Source: an uncultured bacterium (GTDB lineage Bacteria > Patescibacteriota > Minisyncoccia > UBA6257 > 2-01-FULL-56-20). Taken from it: a stretch of DNA of 64,000 bases. The stretch spans positions 586,880 to 650,879 of the forward strand of contig OY970382.1 in assembly GCA_963719425.1 (NCBI GenBank), given 5' to 3'. Both the position numbers and the translations under genes were made by a program. Below, one piece after another: positions 46,053-55,828 of the stretch. The notes below the pieces were generated by a model that was given only the letters and a program-made list of their open reading frames with translations, searched no databases and was not told the DNA's origin. Position 1 is the first letter of the stretch. Each line of letters begins with the position of its first letter.

Positions 46053-47513
46053 CTAATAAGCCGCGGTCACCGTCCGATGATACGGCTTTTCGTGCTTGCT
46101 CTTGTCTTGCCCCATGAGCCAGAGGTGATCATTGATGCCAATAGGCATGACTCGCTTGCCGATCTTTTCGAGTTCCTGTCGGATGAATTCAATCGCCCAG
46201 ATAGTGTTTGCGCGGATATCGATCTCTTCCTGTTCGCCGTGGATCAGAGGAGTTTTGCTGTCCACCTTCTCCGCCAGACTTTTTGTATACGAGATAATAC
46301 CCAGCGTCCTCAACGACTGTGGAAGCTTGTAATCAGCGCATGCGGTGAGTCGCTCGGCGTTCGTGAGATTACCGTAGCCCTTCCTATCGAAAAGTTGGTA
46401 GATGTCGGCGACCAAGAGCTGCGCTCGCTTGTAAAATTCAATCTTCTGGCCGTAGAAGATGGCGGTGTCGTCAAATGAGGGAAAGTTCCGGATGATGTGT
46501 CCCAAGAGTTTCACGGCGTCGCCATTGGCTTGTTTCACGAATTCTGTGAAGCTGCCTCCATTGTTTTTCATAAGGTGGGCGGCGACCTCCTTCGTGATTT
46601 TCCATCGCTCTTCAAAGAGCGGAATTTCCACGTTGCCTCCCAAGATTTCTTGATATTCTCTTCTGCTTATCTTCGATCGGTATTTCGCGTCCAGAATCGG
46701 CTTGCCGTTCTCAAGCGCCCGCAGGATGGCGGCCACCATGCCCCATGAACCGTCGTAGCGCTCGCCGCGATATTCTACCATCCACTTCGGATCGCCCCAG
46801 TAGCAGAAGCTCGTGGAGTTGAAGACCAAGAGGAAGTTCAGTTTCTCTTCGTCGCTCAAGTGCGAGAAGCTCAACGGGGAGCCGCTTAGCCAATGTAGAA
46901 CATTGCGATGCTTGAATGTTTTGGCGAATTCGGTGATTTTCTCTCTATCGATTTTTACATACTTCGACTTCTCGACCGCGATCCGGGTCGTTTCCAAAAC
47001 CTTGGGTTCTGCAATGATAAGGAACAGTTTTATGGTCGACTTGAACCCTTCCGTATATTTCTTCGGATTCGCCTGCATGTCCTTCAAAACGTTTTCTGGC
47101 TTTGCCCAGTACACGCTCTTGACCTCGTCCTCTTTGAGCCGCACAGGATTTGCCTTGCAGACGTATACCCTGAACATATGCCTGCTATCGAACGCCTCAC
47201 CGTCGAAGTTCTTACCGACGTCGCGGGCTTGTGTCGAACCTATACTGCGCAGCTGAACGCCCGCGACGCCAAGCTCTTCTTCCAATTCGCGCTTGGCCGC
47301 AACGAAGTATTCCTCTCCGGCATCTACGTGGCCCGCCGACGAATGATCAAGATGGCCGTCTTTCGCCCGCTCGTTCACGAGAATTTCTCCTTTGTCGTTC
47401 ACGAGGTAAATGACGGCGACCCGATGGAGCAGTCCTTCTTTATGCGCCTTCCGGCGCGTTACCTCACCAATCACATTGTCGCGGTCGTCGACCCAGATGA
47501 CATTATTGTTCAT
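46053..47513 (-). CDS. Nudix hydrolase fused to a Qng1/DUF2419 queuosine-salvage domain
   Basis: N-terminal Nudix box GHVDAGEEYFVAAKRELEEELGV. The C-terminal roughly 330 aa carry FYKRAQLLVADIYQLF, ADYKLPQSLRTLGII and EEIDIRANTIWAIEFIR, which match conserved Qng1 (C9orf64) blocks. Confidence 0.7.
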   Translation of the reverse strand: MNNNVIWVDDRDNVIGEVTRRKAHKEGLLHRVAVIYLVNDKGEILVNERAKDGHLDHSSAGHVDAGEEYFVAAKRELEEELGVAGVQLRSIGSTQARDVGKNFDGEAFDSRHMFRVYVCKANPVRLKEDEVKSVYWAKPENVLKDMQANPKKYTEGFKSTIKLFLIIAEPKVLETTRIAVEKSKYVKIDREKITEFAKTFKHRNVLHWLSGSPLSFSHLSDEEKLNFLLVFNSTSFCYWGDPKWMVEYRGERYDGSWGMVAAILRALENGKPILDAKYRSKISRREYQEILGGNVEIPLFEERWKITKEVAAHLMKNNGGSFTEFVKQANGDAVKLLGHIIRNFPSFDDTAIFYGQKIEFYKRAQLLVADIYQLFDRKGYGNLTNAERLTACADYKLPQSLRTLGIISYTKSLAEKVDSKTPLIHGEQEEIDIRANTIWAIEFIRQELEKIGKRVMPIGINDHLWLMGQDKSKHEKPYHRTVTAAY

Positions 47514-48261
47514 ATTTATTCTTGAGATACTTATCCACGAATTTTCCGACTTCTTCGTTTACTTGCTTGATTACTTCTGGATGATAGCGATAATCATGAT
47601 CGCAATCCACTTTCACTACAATTTTCGGCTCTGGCACTTCGGCAAATAATTTTTCAGCTATTTCGGTTGGGGTAAATTCGTCTTGTGTTCCATAGATTAA
47701 AAGCTTCGGTTTCGTGAGGGTTCTTAAAATTTCTCCCGCATTGTATTGTTTACCATCCTCCCAATAAGCGATCGGCAGCTTGAATTCCTTCCGCTCTTTC
47801 GTTATAGAAGTTCCGGGTGGCAAATCCCTGCGCGATAACTTATACCCTTGTTTAGCTGCATCTTCGCCCGGGGCAGTAGGTTCGCCAAAATTCGCCATGA
47901 TTGGTACGAGGCCGACCACAGCAGGATTTGAGCTTGCGAATATCGCCGTGGCCGCCCCTCGGCTGTGACCGATTAACAGAGTTGGCCTGTTCCCGAAATA
48001 TTCAATCAGTTCATTAACGGCCTTGATGTAATTCGTGGTGGTATATAAATCGATGCTACCCGGGCTTTCCCATGTGCCCGGCGGGTCAAACGCTACCGCA
48101 TAAAAACCTCGTTCAGCGAGATAATCCGCATGGCTTGGAAAACATGCGTAATCTTTGGTGTCCAGTCGGCCGGGCAAAATCAACGCTAACTTCTTCGCAC
48201 TTCGATCACCTCGCGAAAGCACTGCAAGTTCAAACGATTTTGTTTTGATGACATCTCCCAT
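47503..48261 (-). CDS. alpha/beta hydrolase (dienelactone hydrolase/esterase-like)
   Basis: GHSRG nucleophile elbow. Start moved to MGDVIKTK (48261) to avoid an 89-nt overlap with the upstream gene. Confidence 0.65.
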   Translation of the reverse strand: MGDVIKTKSFELAVLSRGDRSAKKLALILPGRLDTKDYACFPSHADYLAERGFYAVAFDPPGTWESPGSIDLYTTTNYIKAVNELIEYFGNRPTLLIGHSRGAATAIFASSNPAVVGLVPIMANFGEPTAPGEDAAKQGYKLSRRDLPPGTSITKERKEFKLPIAYWEDGKQYNAGEILRTLTKPKLLIYGTQDEFTPTEIAEKLFAEVPEPKIVVKVDCDHDYRYHPEVIKQVNEEVGKFVDKYLKNKYEQ

Positions 48262-48262
48262 A

Positions 48263-48724
48263 TTATTGTCCCCAATCGATGAGTTCAGTAAACCGCAGAT
48301 AGAAGCCAAATGGATCCTCGACCCTGAAATCACGCCAGAGCGTATCGCCATCTTTCTTATCCATGACGGGTTGTTTGATGTGATCTTTTATCTTTGGCTC
48401 TATCTCGCCATAGAACTCATTAATGCGTGTAATGGGAATTGTCACCTCGGTTGCATACCCGCGCTTTGTATCTTTGGGAAAATTCTTGAAGTAGGATTGG
48501 TCGTAAACTTTCTCGCTGCCGCCATAAAAATTAAGGATTGTATCACCTTCGACAGCGCGCCGTTTTAGCACGAGGTAACCGGACTCTGTCGCGGTAATTG
48601 GGTTCTCCATAATTGGCGTGAAGCCAAGGAGACCGTAAAACTTTTTTGCGACATCGAAGTCTGGGACATGAAGCTCGATAATGAGGTTGTTCCGTATGGG
48701 GTTTGTCATTTTCAAAAGCAGCAA
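48263..48724 (-). CDS. VOC (glyoxalase/bleomycin-resistance) family protein
   Basis: IELHVPDFDVAKKFYGLLGF beta-alpha-beta-beta-beta module. Confidence 0.65.
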   Translation of the reverse strand: MLLLKMTNPIRNNLIIELHVPDFDVAKKFYGLLGFTPIMENPITATESGYLVLKRRAVEGDTILNFYGGSEKVYDQSYFKNFPKDTKRGYATEVTIPITRINEFYGEIEPKIKDHIKQPVMDKKDGDTLWRDFRVEDPFGFYLRFTELIDWGQ

Positions 48725-48741
48725 CGATTGCGTTATCGTCT

Positions 48742-49350
48742 TTAAGTATCAGCTTTAATCAACTTAACGATTTCAGGAAACTTCGGCACATTAAAATGTC
48801 CGTTCTTGCTCTTATACACAACAATGTGCGCGTTCTTTAGTTTCTTCCTATATTTTTCGGCCTGGGAAACGGGTACTATATCGTCATCCTTGGAAAAAAG
48901 GAGGTGGAGATTTCTACAATTCTTCTCAATCAACGAGAGATTTACCTTCAGCTTAAAGCCGCCAACCAGATCCTCCTCGGGTAAGGTGTTGTCGAATGGC
49001 GGGCAGACTAAATATGCTGCCAAGGCCTTCCTGGGCAATTTGTTTTCAGAGAGATATTTTGCGAGAAAAACCCCACCAAGCGAAGAACCTATCAAGATAA
49101 AGTTGCTCCCCAAAATGGGGACATACCGCTCAAAGATAATTTTCCAATCTCGATATTTCGCGTTGTCTTGCAGGGGCATACGCGGCGCAATGATCTCGAA
49201 TTTCCTGCCCAGGCTTTTTTCGAGATAGTCGCCAGCCCAATACACTTTTTTCTTCGCCGAAATTTTTTTAGTTCTGAGGTAACGAAGATAATCCTTCTCG
49301 CTTTTGAAGGTCATTCCACCGTGCACTGTTAAAATTCGGATCTTTTTCAT
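48742..49350 (-). CDS. alpha/beta-fold serine hydrolase (RBBP9/YdeN-like)
   Basis: GSSLGG nucleophile motif, about 200 aa. AT-rich gene. Confidence 0.55.
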   Translation of the reverse strand: MKKIRILTVHGGMTFKSEKDYLRYLRTKKISAKKKVYWAGDYLEKSLGRKFEIIAPRMPLQDNAKYRDWKIIFERYVPILGSNFILIGSSLGGVFLAKYLSENKLPRKALAAYLVCPPFDNTLPEEDLVGGFKLKVNLSLIEKNCRNLHLLFSKDDDIVPVSQAEKYRKKLKNAHIVVYKSKNGHFNVPKFPEIVKLIKADT

Positions 49351-49367
49351 ATTTGTAGTAACGCAGT

Positions 49368-50381
49368 TTAAATTTCTAAAACGATTTTCCCCATCTGTTT
49401 ACTTTCTTCCATCCGCCGCTGAGCTTCCGCGGCCTCTTTGAGCGGAAAAACTTTATCAACCACTGGCTTTAACTTGCCATCGTTAAAAAGTGAAACCACT
49501 TTTTCAAATTCTGTTTTCGTGCCCATGCGTGCGCCCAAAATCGTAAGTTGGCGGTAATATATTTCGCTTAAATCCTGCGTTCCCATATCTCCGCTCGTCG
49601 TCCCTGCGATGACGACCCGGCCATACGGACGAAGCATCATCAAGCTCGTTTCCCAAGTCTTCGCGCCGACGCTCTCGAAGACCGCGTCAACGCCGCGCCC
49701 ATTTGTCAGCCGCCTTACAGAATCTTCTACGCTCCCTTTGGTATAAATAACAACTTCACTCGCACCGTTTTCTTTGAACCTCTTTGCATCTTCCTCTGAT
49801 TTTGCTGCCGCGATGATTTTTGCACCGAGATATTTTGCAACTTGCATGCCAGCGGAGCCCAATCCGCCAGAAGCGCCCCAGATAAAAACAGTTTCTCCTT
49901 TTTGGAGATTTGCCCGGCTGGTAAGCATATGCCAAGCAGTAAGAAAGGTGAGCGGAAATGCCGCGGCTTCGGGGAAAGAAAGATTCTTGGGCTTTGGATA
50001 GAGTTGCCCAATGGGGATGGTAACGTACTCGGCGTACCCCCCTTGAGTTTTATAACCAAAGATCGTAACCAATTCACACGCTAACCCATTTTCACAGGGT
50101 GGACATACACCGCAGGAAATCGCCGGATTTATGATCATCTCGTCTCCGATGTCCAATGAGCTTTTCCCATTGATCTTCTCTATCACTCCGGCAACATCTG
50201 AGCCGGAGATATGAGGCATCGGACCCTCTATTTTCCCTCTCCGCTGTTGGACGTCGAGGTTATTAATCGCACATGCTCGCACTCTCACAAGAGCTTCGCC
50301 TATTTTTGGTTCGGGGGTCGGGACCTCTCCGTATTTCAAGACTTCCGTTCCGCCCGTCTTTTCAAAAAATATCGCCTTCAT
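49368..50381 (-). CDS. zinc-type alcohol dehydrogenase / quinone oxidoreductase (MDR family)
   Basis: GroES-like N-domain and Rossmann GASGGLGSAGMQ. Confidence 0.85.
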   Translation of the reverse strand: MKAIFFEKTGGTEVLKYGEVPTPEPKIGEALVRVRACAINNLDVQQRRGKIEGPMPHISGSDVAGVIEKINGKSSLDIGDEMIINPAISCGVCPPCENGLACELVTIFGYKTQGGYAEYVTIPIGQLYPKPKNLSFPEAAAFPLTFLTAWHMLTSRANLQKGETVFIWGASGGLGSAGMQVAKYLGAKIIAAAKSEEDAKRFKENGASEVVIYTKGSVEDSVRRLTNGRGVDAVFESVGAKTWETSLMMLRPYGRVVIAGTTSGDMGTQDLSEIYYRQLTILGARMGTKTEFEKVVSLFNDGKLKPVVDKVFPLKEAAEAQRRMEESKQMGKIVLEI

Positions 50382-50431
50382 GGTTGAGAAATGTTCTATA
50401 TGAGAAATATAACAGAAAAAACCGCAGAAAA

Positions 50432-51778
50432 CTAACTGTTTTCTTCAATCAAAATCTGCTTGTTCTTCAGCTTCAACCAACTCTTCAGGTTCACAAGCAA
50501 CTCTCGCTTCTCGGTAATGCTGCCCTCTTTGAGGAGATATTTTGCGTAGGTCTTGAAATCGATATCCTCAGCTTCTTTCTTTATCTTTTGCTCGATTTTG
50601 TCGATGCCAAACATGGCTCGTTTGAAGTGCTTATAGCGCTCAATCTCTTCCTCAAATTTCTTTTTAACGCCGATCTCATTCATATCAATCTGGTCCATAA
50701 GCTTCACGAGTTGCGCGATAAGATCCTCTTCCCGGATCGCCCCGCCCTTGCAGTGCAAATCGCGGCTCCGTGTGCAGGCATAATAGACGTAACGATGTAC
50801 GTTGCCATTCTTCTGCTTCTTGAACTTCTCATCGGCCGTGATGCCCGATCCGCACTCGGCGCATTTGATGAGCTTCGTGAAAGCGAACTCTTTTGATTCC
50901 CGCTGGATATGATCGCGCTTCAATTGTTCCTGCACTTTGTCGAAGAGATCCCGTGAGACGAGCGGCTCGTGTTTCCCGTTGTACCAGTTACCGCTTTTCT
51001 GGGGATATTCGAAGACGCCGTAATAAAAAGTGTTTTGTAAGATCACGTAGATATTTCCGAGCGATAAATGATGGTTGCTCTTCGTCCGGAAGTTCAGCTC
51101 GAATTTGAGCCAGTGGAAAAGCTTTCTCCCAGACCAGCGATCAAATGCCACTTTCTCAAACATCTTTTTGATCACAGGCGCTCGCTCGGCGTCGATGATA
51201 ACTTGGCATTTCCGCTCGGCAAGCCGCTGCGTGAGGTAGCCTGTTGGCGGGGTCGTTGGCCACAATCCCATCTCGCATCGTGCCCGCTGACCTCGCCTGA
51301 TATTCACCCCTCGGTTATCGTTCTCGAGTTTCGCCTGCGAACACAGGATCATAAGAAGGAATTTCTCATTCGGCGAATTCGAGAAATGCTGGCCATACGT
51401 CCGTATCTCGAGCAATAGTTTTTGATCCATCAGATCAACGAGCGAACCGAGGTCGCCCGCGTTCCTGCTTAACCGATCCGGCGCCCACGTGAGGATGCCG
51501 TTGAACTTGCCCATACGAAGATCATTAATCATCTCGTTGAAGATCGGCCGCTGCCCGGTCGCTTTCGCCGAGTGGCTCTCCCGCTTCATCTCCACAATCT
51601 CCAAATTCTCACGTTCTGCGATCTGAAGCATCTCCTTAATTTGCGAGTCGATGGAAAGGATCTGACGCTCCTCCGATTCAGTGCTTTTTCTTGCGTAGAG
51701 GCAGTATTTGACCTTTATGGGAATCTCCACTGTTGGCTGGATCCCGACTCCCCGGGGATCCGTTGTTTTTGCGGTCAT
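50432..51778 (-). CDS. large serine recombinase (integrase/resolvase family)
   Basis: N-terminal resolvase domain (YARKSTESEERQILSIDSQ), recombinase domain and a C-terminal zinc ribbon (CAECGS...YYAC) with coiled-coil. Confidence 0.85.
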   Translation of the reverse strand: MTAKTTDPRGVGIQPTVEIPIKVKYCLYARKSTESEERQILSIDSQIKEMLQIAERENLEIVEMKRESHSAKATGQRPIFNEMINDLRMGKFNGILTWAPDRLSRNAGDLGSLVDLMDQKLLLEIRTYGQHFSNSPNEKFLLMILCSQAKLENDNRGVNIRRGQRARCEMGLWPTTPPTGYLTQRLAERKCQVIIDAERAPVIKKMFEKVAFDRWSGRKLFHWLKFELNFRTKSNHHLSLGNIYVILQNTFYYGVFEYPQKSGNWYNGKHEPLVSRDLFDKVQEQLKRDHIQRESKEFAFTKLIKCAECGSGITADEKFKKQKNGNVHRYVYYACTRSRDLHCKGGAIREEDLIAQLVKLMDQIDMNEIGVKKKFEEEIERYKHFKRAMFGIDKIEQKIKKEAEDIDFKTYAKYLLKEGSITEKRELLVNLKSWLKLKNKQILIEENS

Positions 51779-51899
51779 ACCACAAGGGATGACGCAACGG
51801 CGGGTGGAGTCCAGGGCTCGCTACAAGGCGACGAAGAGACGAATGATGCAAGGAGCGACCAAACCATTGTTGTGCTTCTACGATTGACGGTCTCTGCGT

Positions 51900-52409
51900 G
51901 TGGGGCTTATGATTCGCGTAAACAAGATTAGTATCTATATGGCCGCTAAATCCAAAGTGGAACTCGTAAAGGAGGTCCGAAGTAAAATAGAATTTTCTAT
52001 CGTGGTGGCGATCTTCTTTTCGTCCCTGTTTTATATGGCGAGCAAAGCGAGCGGATCAAGTGATATCCAATCCAACAGCAACGGTTTGATCTGGGGCATC
52101 GCCGTCGCGGTCCACATTTTAAATTATCTCCTGATCGATCTGTTGGGCGGAGAGATAAAGAAAAACTGGTTCGCCTGGATTCGGGCGTCCCTCGTCCTTG
52201 GCATCCTCGCATTCGTTCCGGCCATTATCATCACGGTTGTGTATTACAACAAGGCCCTGCCTGTGGGATATGCCCTTACTTTTGAGGCCTCATTGATTGC
52301 GGCGCTCGCGATGCCAGTCCTGACATTTTTCCTCATCTGCGGGCACCTCGATTGGATGGCGATCAAGGGTTTCTGGAAAATGATACGTGATACATTTAGC
52401 AAGCAGTAA
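51900..52409 (+). CDS. hypothetical membrane protein (169 aa)
   Basis: Four predicted TM helices. An alternative start is at 51939. A terminator follows. Confidence 0.4.
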   Translation: MGLMIRVNKISIYMAAKSKVELVKEVRSKIEFSIVVAIFFSSLFYMASKASGSSDIQSNSNGLIWGIAVAVHILNYLLIDLLGGEIKKNWFAWIRASLVLGILAFVPAIIITVVYYNKALPVGYALTFEASLIAALAMPVLTFFLICGHLDWMAIKGFWKMIRDTFSKQ

Positions 52410-52418
52410 TCCGCAATC

Positions 52419-52450
52419 AAAAATCCTCCGTCGTGGAGGATTTTTGATTC
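52419..52450. terminator. bidirectional intrinsic terminator
   Basis: AAAAATCCTCC-gtcgt-GGAGGATTTTT. Confidence 0.6.
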
Positions 52451-52465
52451 TCATCGGTTCGGTTG

Positions 52466-53263
52466 TTACAGCTTGTATTGCGGTATATCCCCGTACTGCG
52501 GATTTCCTGCCTCAATGGCGTTTTCCGCTTGCCGTAAGTTGCTTGCCAACACCGTACAACCAACATATGAATTGGCACGCTCCGCGCTTGGCATCGTGTC
52601 GAACTCTTCCCTGATGAACGCGCAGAGGTGAATGTCGTTCTGAACCGTTGCGAGGCCGCCCCAATTGATCTTTGTATACAGCGGTCGATCCACCACGTAC
52701 GACATGAGCAAGCTGCTTGTCGAGTTGCCGTACTGGTCGGTCGTCTGTCCGTAGAAGGCGACGAGCACGTCGTAGAAGTTCGGATCAATCGGGAAGACGT
52801 TTTGGAATATCCCGGCAGCAAGTTGTCCGCTGCCAGTGATAAATGAATCTTCATTGAACGTTTCGCCCGTATTGATGTCGACCGTAACATACTCCGATCC
52901 CTTCGGCTTGTTCGAATCGTCGCTTTCGATGTTTGCATCTTTATACGATACCTGCATCGATGTTTGCTGTAGTTGCGCCTTCACCGCGTCATCCAATTTC
53001 TGTTGCGCCGTTTCCGGTACGGCAGTTTGTGCCGGTGCGGCTGCCGTCTGATTTATTGAGGGGGTAGATGCTGGCGCATTGTCCGTCGGCGTAATCGAAA
53101 CGCCGATAACAAAGAGAACGATGGTCGCAATGCCAAACGTCCAGCCAATCTTTTTTCTCGTGGCGTTGCCTTTGAAGACCTTATTAAAGTAAGGCGGCTT
53201 GATAAGCCCAACGACAAGCGCGACAAGCGACAGAAATGCTAGCACTCCGAATAATGGTCCCAT
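52466..53263 (-). CDS. hypothetical membrane-anchored protein (266 aa)
   Basis: Start chosen at MGPLFGVLAF (ATG 53263), which precedes two TM helices. The ORF track extends to a GTG at 53434. Confidence 0.4.
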   Translation of the reverse strand: MGPLFGVLAFLSLVALVVGLIKPPYFNKVFKGNATRKKIGWTFGIATIVLFVIGVSITPTDNAPASTPSINQTAAAPAQTAVPETAQQKLDDAVKAQLQQTSMQVSYKDANIESDDSNKPKGSEYVTVDINTGETFNEDSFITGSGQLAAGIFQNVFPIDPNFYDVLVAFYGQTTDQYGNSTSSLLMSYVVDRPLYTKINWGGLATVQNDIHLCAFIREEFDTMPSAERANSYVGCTVLASNLRQAENAIEAGNPQYGDIPQYKL

Positions 53264-53564
53264 GGTTTTGCTGATTTTCGTTTCGACCTTTGCGGAGCGG
53301 CCTGTTTGCCCTCCAACAACATGAATGACGCAACGGCCATGGAAGTCCAGCGTCCACGAAGGCCCAAAAACTCTGAACCCCGTGTCAGCTAGGCCTTGCG
53401 GCCCCATACCGGTTTCCCGATATGGCCCAATCACGAGTCGCTGAACGCGGGGTTCAGAATTCGTGATTGGGTCTTACGAGCCATGCCGAGCAAGACGCTT
53501 GGTTTAGACTCAGGGGCTTGCGCCCCACTATTCAGTTGTTGCCTTTATGATAGCGCTTTTAATG

Positions 53565-55365
53565 TTATTTTTTCAAGAAGTCACCTCGCGCGAAACCCTC
53601 AAAGAAATCGTCCCAGCCCCCTCCCGACGAACCGTGAGAAGACCCGCCGCCGTTCTCGTCCGACCAGCCGAGGCGCGGGGAACCGCCTCCCGACGAGAAG
53701 CGTATGCCCGACGATCCTCCACCAGAGGGTCCACCAGAATCATCGTTCCACGACGGGTTTCTCTCGTACAATCGCTCAGCCGCATCCGAGAGTATGCTAT
53801 GCAGCCGCTCGCTGTTCATTGGCCCGTCGTCAATGAGCGGCGTGAAAGAAGGACGCGAGGAAGGGCCGAGATCGATCCAATGAATGGCGGGCAACGTGCC
53901 GTCATCAACGTAGCCCTCAATGATCTGCCGGACGGCGGTCGTGAAGGCGTCGACCAGATCATCGAAGCGCTCCGTACCGAAGCCGGTGAGCTGCCGGATG
54001 AGCTCTTCGGCTCCGTAACGTGGGAATAAAACCTTTCCCGCGTAGAGGAGATCCGTGCACGACGCGAGGCGCGACCGCTTGTCCGTCGTCACGTGGATGC
54101 CCTTGACCTTGTCGTCGTGGATGCCGTCGCTTTTCAATTGGTCCACCGCCGCCTGCTGGAACTGGTTGTTCTCGATGTCGATCTCCGTGTGGCCGCGCTG
54201 TGCAAGCGTGCGATAGAGTTCCTTCATCTTTGCAATCGTGGCCGGAAAATCCATCCGGTCGTTCACGATGTTTGGTAGCACGTAGGCGGTGAATTCTTTG
54301 CCGTAGCCGGACACGAGGATCGGCACCATGGCCGTTTTATCGGCGGTTTCTTTTTGCGAAATCGCCAAGTCCGTGCCGATGTGCGTCGCGCGATAGTGCT
54401 CGATCTCAGGAAGCTCGTCGTAGTAGTGAATCATCTCATTGCGCACCACCTGATCTTCGTCGGGCACGATGTTCAAGAGGTATTCCCTCTGCCATGCAAT
54501 CTCGTTGCCGACCCGCAGGCGTTCTTTGATCACGTCCTTGATGCCCGCGTATTTGCCGGGCCAGAGTACCGTGTCGTTCTCGGCGATCAGTGGGTACCGC
54601 TTGTAGGCGCCAGAGCGCTTGCCCTCGTCAATCTCCCGGATGAGCCGCATGAGCAAAGAGTCGTCATGCAAGAGATTCCCGATCACAATAAACCGCGTGG
54701 TCTTGTCGCCCAAAGGAAAGATGTCGCGCGTCACCCATTCGTAGGTGGCGTTTCTCGTTTCCTGCGTGCGCACGCTCGCAACATCCTCACAGTCGTCCAA
54801 AATGCAGAGGTCGGGCCGGAACGCGCCGTGTTTGATACCGCGCACGCTCTGCTCGGCGCTCGCCGCCGTGATCCTCGCGTTGTAATTCGGGATCACGAGC
54901 GAGAAGGAATTCCAGTCGTCCTCCTCGCGGAAGGGACCGAGGTCGTTCCTCAAAAGCGGATTGCCGTCCAGCTGGTCCTTGATGTTCCGGAGGTACTGCT
55001 TCGCCTGCGCGAGCGTCTTCCCGAAGATGACGACGTGTTTTTTCTTCTGCTTGCCCGTGACAGCCCAGATTGGATAAAGCTCCGCGAATAGGGTCGTCTT
55101 GCCGCTGCCCCCTGAACGCCATAACAATGGCAAGGTCGGCCGAGTCCGACTCTATGATCTGGTGCATTTCGTAGTGCATGGGCGCGGGCGCGTAGGTCAT
55201 CCGGTCCGGGAAGTAGCACGGCACGAACCAGCTGAAGCTCTGGCCCGTGACGGCGACCCGAAAGTCACGGTCAACGAGCATCCGCTCCAGTATCTTCTTG
55301 ATCTCATCCGCGTTTCCGGCTCCGTACGCCGGTATATTACTATTGTTGTTTTGATTCTGTTCCAT
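53565..55365 (-). pseudogene. phage terminase large subunit (TerL), interrupted by a +1 frameshift in a G5 homopolymer
   Basis: N-terminal 95 aa sit in one frame (ORF 54787..55365, ...LAIVMAFRG). The ATPase and nuclease domains sit in the next frame (Walker A RSGGSGKTT, Walker B DLCILDD, nuclease GTDLAIS...). The frames join at AGGGGGCAG near 55107-55113, where AGGGGCAGC would give ...FRGSGKTT. Confidence 0.65.
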
Positions 55366-55828
55366 TTTGATTGTTGTTATCGGTTAATTTATTTTGACTG
55401 TCTTTTTCCTCACCGGAACCGACTGCTCCCGGCGGGGACTTGCCCGCAAGAAAAGGAGCGTTGATCAAAGCTCGCTCCACCGCCGCCTGGAATTCCGCGT
55501 TCTCCTCCGGCGTCATGGCGTCGCGCTTGACGTGGGCCGTAATCTCTATGCGGTCGCGGAACTTGGGGTTCCTGGCCTTGAGCCAAAAGGAAATCGCGGG
55601 CCAATGCTTGTCCTTTATTAACGAAATGAGCTGGCTTTCGCTCAAGTCGTTCATAAAGGCGTCCCCTTGGTTCATTGCTTCAACAACCGCCTTGTCGAAT
55701 TCCTTGTCCGCTTTGCGCCAGCGGTCGATCGACATCCTCGAGACGTTCACCTTCTCGCAGCAAACCTCAATGATCGGCACGCGCCGCAGGTGGTCAAGGA
55801 ACGCTTCCCGCACCCTGTCTTTTTTCAT
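55340..55828 (-). CDS. phage terminase small subunit-like HTH protein
   Basis: N-terminal HTH (VREAFLDHLRRVPIIEVCCEKVNVSRMSIDRWRK) located immediately upstream of TerL. Confidence 0.45.
   Translation of the reverse strand: MKKDRVREAFLDHLRRVPIIEVCCEKVNVSRMSIDRWRKADKEFDKAVVEAMNQGDAFMNDLSESQLISLIKDKHWPAISFWLKARNPKFRDRIEITAHVKRDAMTPEENAEFQAAVERALINAPFLAGKSPPGAVGSGEEKDSQNKLTDNNNQNGTESKQQ

Noticed and set aside
46019-46075. tRNA-like fragment (GGACTCGAACC...) on the minus strand after tRNA-Ser
   Set aside because: No complete cloverleaf. It overlaps the C-terminal codons of the Nudix-Qng1 gene. Possibly an att-scar relic but not supportable.
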